Positions 42,584 to 56,158 of a stretch of 64,000 bases of DNA are shown here, piece by piece (position 1 is the first letter of the stretch; every line of letters begins with the position of its first letter). Source of the stretch: Octopus vulgaris (Eukaryota); assembly GCA_951406725.2 (NCBI GenBank), contig OX597819.1:117428001-117492000 (forward strand), given 5' to 3'. The position numbers and the translations under genes are program-made. The notes under the pieces were generated by a model. The model did not search any database, was not told the DNA's origin, and saw only the letters and a program-made list of their open reading frames with translations.

Positions 42584-42969
42584 TCTCTCTCTATATATAA
42601 ACGGCAGTTTGTCTGTGCGTGTTTCTGTGTGTCTGTTTGCTTGTACCCTCACCCTGACCACGGCTTTCAACCGATTCTGATGAAACTTGACACACACATA
42701 GCCCAATGTCATAATTCAAAACTAACGCAGCGAAAATTTTGAAAAGTTCCCCCAGTTCTGAAAAATCGATAAATTCGACATGGGGTCGAGAATCAGAAAC
42801 ACAAACCGCAAACTGTCTAGGGGACGCAGCTCCACCTTTTTTTTACTCTCAAAAAAAAATTTACCATCATTTTTTCCCATTTTTTTGCTATTTTTTGGCT
42901 ATAACTCTCTAAAAATGCTTTATAGTTATTTCCCTTACAAACCTGAGCAACGCCGGGCGATACTGCTAG
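42584..42969 (+). mobile_element. Non-autonomous Helitron
   Basis: A|TC start, hairpin cctgagcaacgccggg and CTAG|T end; shares its 3' end with 17662-18059. Confidence 0.8.
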
Positions 42970-43344
42970 TATCCCTTTAAATGTTCCCGCCTAAATTAAC
43001 ACCAACACACACAGACATTCCCACTGGTATGTAGAAAGTCAAAATATCACTTATCAGCATTTTACTAGTTCAGCCGAAATCTAAAACATCCCATAGTGAG
43101 AGAGAAGGCATACACAAACACATGCTAGTCCTAGTTTCAGAATACTCTTTAGTGAACCACATACTGAAGCACATGCAATCGCAGAAAACTACATTACTAA
43201 ACGTTTTATCGAAATCGTAAAATTGCGTAGATTTACAAATTTCAAAGGTGTAAAATTCTATCTTGACATTTGTTGACGATAGCTCAAAGCGAAACTGAAA
43301 ACAATTGTGCTTAACTCTAATCATAATCACCCTGATTGGGGTTG

Positions 43345-43377
43345 ATTAGTAGTAGCAGCAGCAGCAGCACCAGCAGC

Positions 43378-43439
<62 letters not shown>

Positions 43440-43828
43440 TAGGAGGAGGAGGAGTCGTAGTAGTAATTGTAATAATAGAATTAGTAGTAGTAGCAGAAGC
43501 AAGAGTAGTTGCAGCAGCAGCATTAGTGGTAGTAATAGTAGTAGTAGTGGTAGTAGTAGAAGTAGTAAGAGTAGGAGGAGTAGTAGTCGTAGTAGTAATT
43601 GTAATAATAGAATTAGTAGTAGTAGTAGCAGCAGAAACCAGAGTAGTTGCAGCAGCATTAGTGGTAGTAGTAGTAGTAGTAGTGGTAGTAGTAGTAGTAG
43701 TAGTAAGAGTAGGAGGAGTAGTAGTCGTAGTAGTAATTGTAATAATAGAATTAGTAGTAGTAGTAGCAGCAGAAGCCAGAGTAGTTGCAGCAGCAGCAGC
43801 ATTAGTGGTAGTAATAGTAGTAGTAGTG

Positions 43829-43864
<36 letters not shown>

Positions 43865-43987
43865 AGAGTAGGAGGAGTAGTAGTCGTAGTAGTAATTGTA
43901 ATAATAGAATTAGTAGTAGTAGTAGCAGCAGAAGCCAGAGTAGTTGCAGCAGCAGCAGCATTAGTGGTAGTAATAGTAGTAGTAGTG

Positions 43988-44035
<48 letters not shown>

Positions 44036-44163
44036 AGAGTAGGAGGAGTAGTAGTCGTAGTAGTAATTGTAATAATAGAATTAGTAGTAGTAGTAGCAGA
44101 AGCAAGAGTAGTTGCAGCAGCAGCATTAGTGGTAGTAGTAGTAGTAGTAGCAGCAGCAGCAGT
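43345..44163. repeat. Higher-order minisatellite of 5 units (about 130-170 bp) built from (AGT)/(AGC) triplets
   Basis: The marker gtcgtagtagtaattgtaataatagaattag recurs 5 times; the minus strand reads as a Thr/Ala/Pro mucin-like repeat. Confidence 0.92.
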
Positions 44164-45134
44164 GTAGGGGCATACGAATTCAAAACGCAAATTCTAATTC
44201 TACCTATTTTAGTCGACTTTTACGACACGCAGTGGAAACATTTCATCTAATTTTGACATATTAGTCCATGCACAGCATTAGAGGAACATGAAATGTAGTA
44301 TTTTGCTCAAGAAAACAACATGCTGCCCAGCTTGGAAATTGAAACCACAATCTGGTGACCGTGAGTGCAAACCCTAAGCACCTGGCCATAAGGCGTCACA
44401 CTATAGTACCCCCTCAACTTAAAGCAGTTTTGAATAATAAATGTCTCATGTACCTATGTTCATCCCACATAATTCTCGCGTTTGAAAATAAGGGGCAATG
44501 CCCTTGATAAACATATTCCTATCCTGGACCGAATACATACATACATGTAGACGTGCACGCACGCAGTTTAGGTGCTACCCTGCACTGTCAGTTACAATTA
44601 GTGACGATTGAATTTTTGGTTTATAGTCATATATTTTAGACGCCTTCATTATTGAAAAATTTTCACATTAACATCTCGCTGAATCATGTATTGATTCATA
44701 TGGTGAGTATTATACGCTGACAGTCAGGTTTCAGCCAATCCATCGAACGATGGATTAGTCACCACTCATGAGATTTAGTTTTAAGCGAAACTAGACACGT
44801 ATGGTGATCTCGCTCGCTTTAAAGGCGTCTGTCTCTCCTATAAGTATATAGATACGTGCTTCTTTGCGGCTCTTAGTGTTTCTACCTCCTATTTTTAGCA
44901 AAGTAAGTGTTACCCAGCACCGTTGCTGACAATTAGGCACAATCGAGATTTCCCATTTTGGCTTTATATTGCGGTTAGTTGCCTTCGTGAGTTTATATGC
45001 TAGCAGGTGTAACCGGCGTTGACCGGGGTTGTTTGTTAAATATGCCTGCGTGGTTATTAAACTATTCACAGATTCACCTCTGATTTAAATGAAAAAATGG
45101 CAGATTTTCCCTGTTGTATGATTTATTTCTAAAG

Positions 45135-45455
45135 ACTCCGCCGGTTACGACGACGAGGGTCCCAGCTGATACGATCAACGGAACAGCTTGCTCGTGAAAT
45201 TAACGTGCAAATGGCTGAGCATTCCACAGACACGTGTACCCTTAACGTAGTTCTCGGGGATAATCAGCGTGACACAGAGAGTGACAAGGCTGACCCTTTG
45301 AAATACAAGTACAACTCATTTTTGCCAGCTGAGTGGACTGGAGCAACGTGAAATAAAGTGACTTGCTCAAGGACACAACGCGTCGCCGGGAATCGAACTC
45401 ACAACCTTACGATCATGAGCCGAATGCCCTAACCACTAAGCCACGCGCCCTCACT
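45135..45455 (-). mobile_element. SINE with a 41145-type head/core and family C tail type 1
   Basis: Tail matches 14765-14945; core is the reverse complement of cttgagcaagtcactttatttcacgttgctccagtccactcagctgg. Confidence 0.85.
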
Positions 45456-46044
45456 ATGATTTATTTAGCGCTCTAGTGAACATGCAGCCATACGCCCACA
45501 ACATTGTCATTATTTTCCATTGAGATAGTAGGTCGATCTGTAAAAAAACACGACAGTAATTGAGTTTATTTTTCCTTACCACATAACTGCAGACATGTGC
45601 TGCTTAGCAGATGGAAAGGTTGGGCCTAAAAATATGACATAAAGAGAAATAGTGTGTATACCTGCTGTTTCGCAGTGTTGCACATACTACATTATCTGAG
45701 CAAAACATTTGACGTGTGGCCTGAGCCAAAAATGATGAAAAGTGTATTATCTGGTGCCTACTTCACAACTGGGGGCACTTAACAGAGAGCATACTATGAA
45801 GATTACGCTAATGAAATAAATAAGGTGACAAGGGTATGGTTACCTGATGTTTTCCTGTTTGCCGCATTGAGCAACATCCGTTGTTGTATTTCCCCTGTAT
45901 TCTTCGTAGGGCGCACAGCAGCAGTTGCTGCAGCATTCGTTGTAAGTCGATCTACTCGTTGTGCTGCAGTCTCTGCATCTCATGCATGAGCAGTGCAGGA
46001 AGCATTTCAGTAAGTCGAACTGCGTGTTGTGCTGCATTCTCTGC

Positions 46045-46217
46045 AACCGGTTCAATAATGGCCGCACCTCCATGGACTGTGAGCCACGTTGTGGCAGAGA
46101 ATCAAATAACAGAAATGAGAAATGATTGCAAAGGTTCGAGGAGTAGTTTATGAAGACAGTCGTGTGATTACTGAGGAGATTCTTGCCAAAGTTGGAATCC
46201 ACCATGGGTCAGTTCAG
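46045..46217 (+). mobile_element. Mariner transposase HTH relic
   Basis: NRFNNGRTSMDCEPRCGR, frameshift, then IAKVRGVVYEDSRVITEEILAKVGIHHGSV, matching the mariner GR..DEPRSGRP...DRRITV.EIA..VGIS.GSV pattern. Confidence 0.75.
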
Positions 46218-46521
46218 AGGTAATGCAGTACGATCGTTTCATACGACTCCATTTAATAGAATAATGCAAACATTACATCAATTGAAAATGTAGAGCATTT
46301 GTATGATTTTTAATCCAAAATCACCAAGAAGGTGAGGAGATAGACAAAGAACATGCTTTACCACAGTTGGACAAAAATTATACAAATGTGTCATTTGAAT
46401 TTAACTAAATACTATATTATTATGTAGCTAAGGATTGCTCTACATTTTAAATTGATGTAATGTTTACATTGTTCAATTAAATGCTGTCGCATGAAACGAT
46501 CGTACTGCATTACCTCTGGAC
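46212..46521. mobile_element. MITE-like element with ~88-bp inverted termini
   Basis: gttcagaggtaatgcagtacgatcgtttcat...tagagcatt (46212-46299) pairs with 46434-46521. Confidence 0.8.
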
Positions 46522-46633
46522 ATGCTTGCTGCTTATTTTGATTATAATCACCTTATTTAAAATTATATGAATAGTGCCTTACAAAATTATGGTGCCTTCA
46601 ACTTAAGTAACATATTCATCTGAATCTAAATTG

Positions 46634-46692
<59 letters not shown>

Positions 46693-47145
46693 TGTGCATA
46701 TATGCATGTATGTATGTATACATGTATGTATATATGAATGTATATATATATATATATATACACATATTTATATATATACACATATTTATATATATATATA
46801 TATATGTGTGTGTGCATGTATATTTATATACATGCACAATTAGGAACTATTGGCATCCATTCTTGCTCGTCATGTATTACTATTTGATCATCCTCTTTGA
46901 TCACAGATTTACCTCTGATCAGATAAAACCCGAATTAACTGGATGTAATAGGTTTCTCCTCCGTTTCTAGACATAATGATCCACGGCAAATGTCGTTTAC
47001 GAGGAAATTTCTTCCGCTGTTACATATGCATCACTTATCCGATGACGGTTTACTCAAGATATGGAAGGATCTCGATATGTTCCAGAAACAGCTGTCAGAA
47101 ACAATCTAACCCTTATATTATATACTTAAATTAAATGCCATTGCC

Positions 47146-47512
<367 letters not shown>

Positions 47513-49619
47513 ATATATGATAGAGTCTATAGTACAAGACAATGTATGAGCCTTAACGTTTTGTCAACCAGCATGCACAAATGATGGGTTTTTACTGATC
47601 AAATGTTCGTGCCGCACGTTTGTTTCCCCCATATCTACCTTGCCTGAAAAGGTGGACTTTGTACCACGCGTCAGCTATCGACATGATCACTGAGCAACGT
47701 AAGATGAAGGGTTTTACTCCAGATAACAATGCAATACCCGGTCTAGGAACTGAGACCACCATCTCGTGATCGTGAGTTCATCACCCTGACCACGAAAATG
47801 CACATTCTATAAAACAAAATAAAGGCTTCCTTTAAGAAAAGTAAAGATAACTACATACAATTTAATTATTTGAGGTGGGATTGTGATGTATAAAAGTCAT
47901 TATTATGCATCATTATGGGGATTCAAAGTCATACTGGTATTATCAGAAGCTGATCACTGACTTTGAATGAACACCGTTTACCAGACAGTGTTGGGTTTAA
48001 TAGTAACTGTATGAAAGGTAGTGATGCAAGTAAGGTAGATATAAATTCAGGAATATGAATGGTGTATGGGATGTATGGAGATTAGTGGTGTTATTGGTAA
48101 GGGTAGTAGTGTCCTGTATTAAATTGTATATTCATGTTGAGTTGTGGATGATATTAAGGAAAGTTGCCTCTTTATTTATTCTTAGCTGTACTGGGGTGTT
48201 CTGTGAATAATGATAAAAATGGTAACTTACGAAGTGCGGTTTAAGGTTCCCAGCACATCTTTCTATGTGTTCTGTCTGTATTGTGGGTATCGGATTTCGT
48301 CTTTGTGAAGGGTTATTCCTCGTCGGAGTGACGTTCCTGTTTAGCCTATGGCCTGATTTCATTACCCTAAGCAGGTAATAGCATAGATTAAGATTTCAGA
48401 GGCAAAGGGAAAATTTGATTTTTCTTAAACAAAGGTGAAATTTGATTTTCTTAAACATTTCACTTTGTTTGAAATGAAATTTTGTACGCTCCATGTGACA
48501 CAGGACGTCTGCATTTTTCTCTTTTGGTTCCGTTGCAAATGGTTATAGTCTTGCACTGGTTAATACATTTTCATGAATTTCTGTTGCATTTTGCTCTTGA
48601 TAATTTCGCGGGAGCCTAAAATTTAATTTGGATGATGATGTTGAAGGCTTCATTTTCTCTAGGGTTGTGTGTGGTGTTGTATGGAAGTATTTTTAAGTCT
48701 GGTGTAGTATTTCAGTTGACTTCTCTTAATGTTTGTATGCTTACACCACTTTCTATATATGTACGAATGTATGTACACACACATATATATATATATATTT
48801 ATAAATATATTTATATATATATATAATACATACATACATGTATAAATATATGCACACATACATATGAATGTGCGCGTGTGCCTATGTGTGTGTATGCATG
48901 TGTATGTGAAGATAAGCCTCGGTTCAATGAAGCTACAAAATTATCTTCATATATGTTTCGAGTGTCTTCCAGTATCATGGTTTCCTTACAAATAAAAGAA
49001 AATTATATATTTATACACTTTTCTACATAAAACCATTTACTCCCATGTTTTAAGATATTTACAGCACCTTACATCCGAAATGCAGCAACATTCACTAGAC
49101 CTTCCGCTTAGACGATCGTCACAGCGCTTTATAGATTTCAGCGGTAACTAAATGCTCTAGTACTGAAAATAAACCGGTGTTAGCGAATGTATTAGAAATA
49201 ACAAATCATTTACTCAGTGATTGGGAAGATCATAGAGAAAATATTTATGTTGTACCTTTTGTATATATAAGCAAAATGAACATTATTGCGTTTACTGTCA
49301 ATTGTACGCGAGAACAGCTGCTATGATTGGCCGGACTCTCTTCTCTCTTACCTAATACATCACTGTATGAAAACTCTGAATATCTATCTTTCTACGAATA
49401 ACTAATATGAAGATTGCCCTGGTCCTTCTATTCTTATATTCTATATTTCTATACCTATAAATGGAGAACTGCTAAGGACATCACGTGTCATTGTTTTTCT
49501 TGTGTTTCTGTCCAATTATATTTCTACTCAGTTCAGTATGAAGAATTTCTAATTGTTTTGATTCCATCAACAACCACCTGCCAATACTGTATCACAAAAC
49601 AAGCGTTTTAAGTACGCGC

Positions 49620-50900
<1,281 letters not shown>

Positions 50901-51044
50901 AAGAATAGTGTAAAGTGTTAGCTATTTTTAACATTTTAAAATCCAAATGTGTGTTTCTTTATATTTTTTATCTAGTTTTAGCTCACGAGCTGTGGCCATG
51001 CTAGGGCACCGCCATTTGGTATTGTTACGTAATTTGACTTCACG

Positions 51045-51445
51045 AATGCTGTTTTTAGGAATTGACGTTTGGGGCATGAGGGAATTTGATGCCTGTGCCC
51101 TCATCTGGCTCATCTGGGACGCTTGACAGTAAGATGTCCAGCTTTACTGTGAAGACACCTACATCCACCTCATGCAGGTCTCTCCACTTCTTCGGGGGGA
51201 TATTGAAGAGCTGTTGATTTCTCAAGCCCAGGCTAATGCAGTATCTTGTCCTATATCTTGATAGCAACTTTGAAGTCCTTAGCACTGTACATTGGCGCCC
51301 AGTTCTAGTATTTGTGTATCTCTCGATGCCAAGGTTTGGGAGACGTCCTTCCATGACCGTCCAGATGTATATTATGGCTTACCTCTCTTGCCTACGCTCT
51401 AAGGAACAGAATCTTCACCTTTTGAGTCTTTCCCAGTATCTTATA
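51045..51445 (-). mobile_element. CR1/L2-group LINE 3' fragment
   Basis: YWERLKR...SLERRQER...IIYIWTVMEG..PNLG...QLFNIP...KLDILLSSVPDEP. Confidence 0.82.
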
Positions 51446-51471
51446 TATACATACATGAAAAAACCTCGCCC

Positions 51472-51745
51472 TTTTCAAGGCTAGCCAGGCTAATGGGCCC
51501 GGTTTCCCGGTTTCTGTGGCGTATGTGTTCCCCCCAGCTGGACGGGACGCTAGTCCATCACAGCGTTACTAAAAAAACAGGAAGCGTGAGTGAGAGAAAG
51601 TTATGGCGAAAGAGGGGAGCCCACCAACCCCTGCCAGAGCCTCGTGGAACTTTTAGGATTTTTCGCTCAATAAACACACAATCGAAACTGCAATCCTCCG
51701 ATCGAGAGTCCGCTGCCCTAACCACTGGGCCATTGCGCCTCCACA
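51472..51745 (-). mobile_element. SINE family C (tail type 2)
   Basis: Matches 32785-33086. Confidence 0.85.
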
Positions 51746-51816
51746 TACTTACATACATACATACGTACCTATATATTTATACATACATACATATATATAC
51801 ATATATATATATATAT

Positions 51817-51865
<49 letters not shown>

Positions 51866-52437
51866 ACATATGTTCATATAAACGCACACACACAAACATA
51901 TGCATCCAGACACACTCACACACATACACACATAATACTCTGGTATATCTGTAAGAATAAATTTGTCCCTGAGCGCGTAAATATACGGCTATAGCTGTAA
52001 TAATGTGCAATATTTGTGATATGTATATGGCCCGAGTGTAGTAGAGACTTCAATGTAGACAGAAGCATGAGATTCCGTTCATTTGTTTTCTAGAGGGTAA
52101 AATAAGTGTGACATTGATCTGGCATAATAGAATTTTCATATCAACAGTTCTGTATCGCACTAGAATATTTGATATAATCGATACCGTACGAAGAGGAACA
52201 GAGGCAGCAGACCAATTATTTATGGATAGTTAGTCAATAGATACAGAGGCGGATGTCTTTCTCATTTTCACAATCAAAGAGAAAAAAAATAACTTGATGG
52301 TACATAAGAGATACAATTGATCTATTTTCTTTCATATACTTACACATATACATCTTCATAAAAAATACATATATGTTTATACATACACATTTATATGCAT
52401 GCTGGCACACATACAAACACACACATGTATATATACG

Positions 52438-52502
<65 letters not shown>

Positions 52503-52614
52503 GTATACTTTATATACATTCATATGCAAAAATATATGCATACATATACTAATATATATATATACATATATACACATGTTTGTATATACATACATAAATA
52601 CATACATAGATCAA

Positions 52615-52998
52615 GCCTGGCTGTGTAGTGAGAAATTTATTTCCCAGCAATATGGTTCTGGCTAAGTCCCACTGCATGGAACCTTGGGCAAGTTTCTTCT
52701 ATTATAGCCTCCGTTCGAGCAAAGCCTTCTGAGTGTATTTGGTAGATGGAAACTGTAAGAAACCCGTCATACATATATATATATGTGCGTGTGTGCATGT
52801 ATATCTGTGTTCGTCCACCCCACTGTCGCTTGACAACAGACGTTTGTGTGTTTATGTCCCCGTAACCTAGCGGTTCAGTAAAAGGGATGATACAATAAGT
52901 AGTAAGCTTACGAAGAATAAATCCTGGGGTCAATTTATTCGACTAAAGGCGGCGCTCCAGTATGGCTGCAGTCAAATGACTGAAACAAGTAAATGAAT
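52615..52998 (+). mobile_element. SINE family A
   Basis: Matches family A. Confidence 0.85.
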
Positions 52999-53351
52999 AT
53001 ATACTTACACACACACACATACATACTTTTTAATAATTTATAACATTTTTACATTTATGTTTAAATATTTTAATCCTTGGCTCAGATAATTCACTGCTGA
53101 ATTTTTATTCACTTGCCCTTTTTTTCTGGCTTGGCGCCTTGGTTCAGGACATTTGAATTGAATTCACGATGGATAACGATAACACTCGATATGCACGTGT
53201 GACCTTTGGAATATGGTATGAATTTAAGTTGTGTAATTATAAGTTTCCAGCAGTTTCTACTGAAGATTCACAAATAATTAATTTATGTAATTTTCAATGG
53301 TGAAACTGGGGTGAACTCGACGTATAGAAATAACTGGTATTTCTAATTTTC

Positions 53352-53573
53352 TCAGAAACGCTAGCACGCCGGGCGAAATGCTTAGCGGTATTTCGTTTGC
53401 TACTATGTTCTGAGTTCAAATTCCGCCGAGGTCGACTTTGCCTTTTATCCTTTCGGGGTCGATTAAATAAGTACCAGTTACGCACTGCGGTCGATATAAT
53501 CGACTTAATCCGTTTGTCTGTCCTTTTTTGCCTTCTCTGTGTTTAACCCCTTGTGGGTAATAAAGAAATAAGT
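53352..53573 (+). mobile_element. SINE family B
   Basis: Matches family B. Confidence 0.9.
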
Positions 53574-53688
53574 ATGTATTTTTCGTTGTTTTGGGATTTG
53601 ACATAGCTTTTTAACATGTAAGGAGACAACTTAGCGTGTTTCTTCTTTGTACGTAATTTATACTCACGTACACACACACATATACAGA

Positions 53689-53750
<62 letters not shown>

Positions 53751-55452
53751 GAGAGACAGAGAGAGTTGGGGTACATTGGAATGTATTTCGTCATGTTTGG
53801 ATTTGGAGGCTTATCAATATTGAAGATATATTTTGAGAATCTGCTTCAATCAGGATGTGTTCACAAGCCTTAATCCTTAACACATAAAGATACAACATCC
53901 CTCTTTTTGCTACAAACAAATCCTTCCTAGTACAGCTGTAATGAAAATAGTTCTAGTCATCCTGTTTTAAGATTATACAACGTAATCCTCATTTTTGAAT
54001 GAAGACTGATGTTTGAATTCTTTTTTTTTTTTTTACAAGTTCTAGCATTTCATAGTTAGAGGTTGGATGAAAAAGTAACAGATCTGCAATAGGAACGAAT
54101 GTCTTACTCGCTATATTATTTATTTTCTTCCACCTTTAAATGTTTCTCTCTCGTCCTGTCTCTTTTCCTTTCTATCTTTCCTTGCCTTTGCATTGTACAT
54201 GGAATTTCCAATTTCCAGTCTGTTCACACTGTATCATGTTAAATCGAATCAGGAGAGTTGTTAAACCTAAATATGACTACGGACTATTCAACCGTTTACA
54301 TGATACGTGTAAGAAGTCAGGAGACTTAACGTCTGGTTCCTTATCCCGAAGAAAATGGAAGATATACAACTAATATGTATATGCTTCTCAGCGGCGCCAG
54401 CTAATATTTTGTGTGCATCCTATTGTGTTTGAGCATTTGTGTAAAATGTTTATTTATTTATATATTGTTATGACATATTTCAGTAATTTCAATTATAATA
54501 TTATTTTCACGAATTCATCGCTTTATATGAAGTCGTATGTTAAGACATTTACACAATAGTACTTTAAATGATATTTTACCAGCATCCCTTCGGCTCTCAT
54601 TATTGAAACTCTTGATTTGATTTCACAAACTTATAGTACGCTATTTTGTATTGTTGAGGAATTGCGGTAATTCTATGCCCGGACTGCCTTCAGTTAAGAT
54701 CATCCTTTTCGCAAGCACTGGAAAAGAGCGGTCTTGACTGTGAATATTTGTATATACTTTTGTATTGCATTGAGGAATTGCAAGCATTCGGAAAGAGCAT
54801 TCTTGATTGTGAATATACGCATATATGTATGTTTGTATGGATGTACGTAAGTATACATGTATGTATGTATGTATGTATATTCGATGATGTTGACTAGTTC
54901 TTCTTTTCGAATTTAAGTTGTCCATGTTCAGAGTGAGAGCTTGTACTTGTACGTATAATATCCCCGACTATAAAAAAAAACCCTTCATGCACAGGCATCG
55001 CCTGAATAAAAATTAAGTCCTATCACAAAACTGGCTGGTCGTAGGCTTCGCATGTGTGGGAATTCCGATCAGGCGATGACAAAACTCGAACATGAGTTTT
55101 CAGCCACCATCATATATGTATGTATATGATATATGAGGGAGAGAAAAAATGGAATTCACGAGATTCTTTATTAATCACTGAGAGTGTCAACCCATCGTAC
55201 ATTGGTCCCACGCGACTGAGATTTGGTACAACCAGTTGTAGTGCATCATTTGGTACGGATGCACATCTTCAGGTGACTTGTTACGATGCACCTCAATCCT
55301 TGATCTCTGTTTCGCTTATTTCGATTGCTATACATCTTCTTACTTGCTTGCAAGCTGGTTGTGTACACCAGAAATAGTGAATTAGAACACAGTGAATGTA
55401 ATTTAAACGATTTACTACCAGGTCTACACTCAACTTTAATTTATTACATACG

Positions 55453-55528
<76 letters not shown>

Positions 55529-55591
55529 AGTAGTTGAATGAATTATCCTAGTATGGATACAAGTCTTTGTTCGTCATGATGCTGATATAAG

Positions 55592-55690
55592 TTCCTTGTC
55601 TTTCCTGACGAGAAGGCGGCATAATGCACCCCTTATTCCTACGGAATTAGGAATATGCAGTCTTCGAAACATATGTCGAGAATAAAGGAA
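55592..55690 (+). ncRNA. Type I hammerhead ribozyme motif in a ~210-bp (TA)n-flanked module (55525-55735)
   Basis: ttccttgtctttc CTGACGA gaaggc...gtcttc GAAAC ATAT GTC gagaataaaggaa: canonical core, palindromic stem III, GUC site and a long stem I. Confidence 0.8.
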
Positions 55691-55737
55691 TTTTGCTAAA
55701 TCGTCGTTCGAGCTCCATTCTTTCATTTATTTACATA

Positions 55738-55779
<42 letters not shown>

Positions 55780-55782
<3 letters not shown>

Positions 55783-56158
55783 TTCCGTCAGAAATTAATT
55801 AGCACTTCTCAAATTTCTACATTAAATAGGTTAAATCAATTAACCTATGAGCTGTTCAAAACGTCTTACGCGATGAGAAAACTTAGTATGGTGTGATTTC
55901 GGTCCTTGCGAGGCGCTACCTATATCTATTAAACAAAGGAAGATTTGTCTGCACCGCACTCCAAGTTGTTGTTGCACTGCTATGTCAACATCATAAGGCT
56001 GTAGACTCTCAAACTGCTCTGCAAACAAAGTTACGTCATCGTTCTGCGCAACAGTGAACTCGCAACAAAGCAATAGTTCGAGATATGGCCACTAGGTGAC
56101 AGCACATACCTTGAGTGAAGAGCAAATCAAGGGTGCTAATTAATTTCTGACGATAGTG
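55780..56158. mobile_element. Tc1/mariner-type MITE
   Basis: 26-bp TIRs cacttccgtcagaaattaattagcac / gtgctaattaatttctgacgatagtg, with TA on both sides. Confidence 0.85.

Noticed and set aside
47880-48380. Possible membrane-protein exon or PLE N-terminal relic
   Set aside because: Neither reading is supported by diagnostic motifs.
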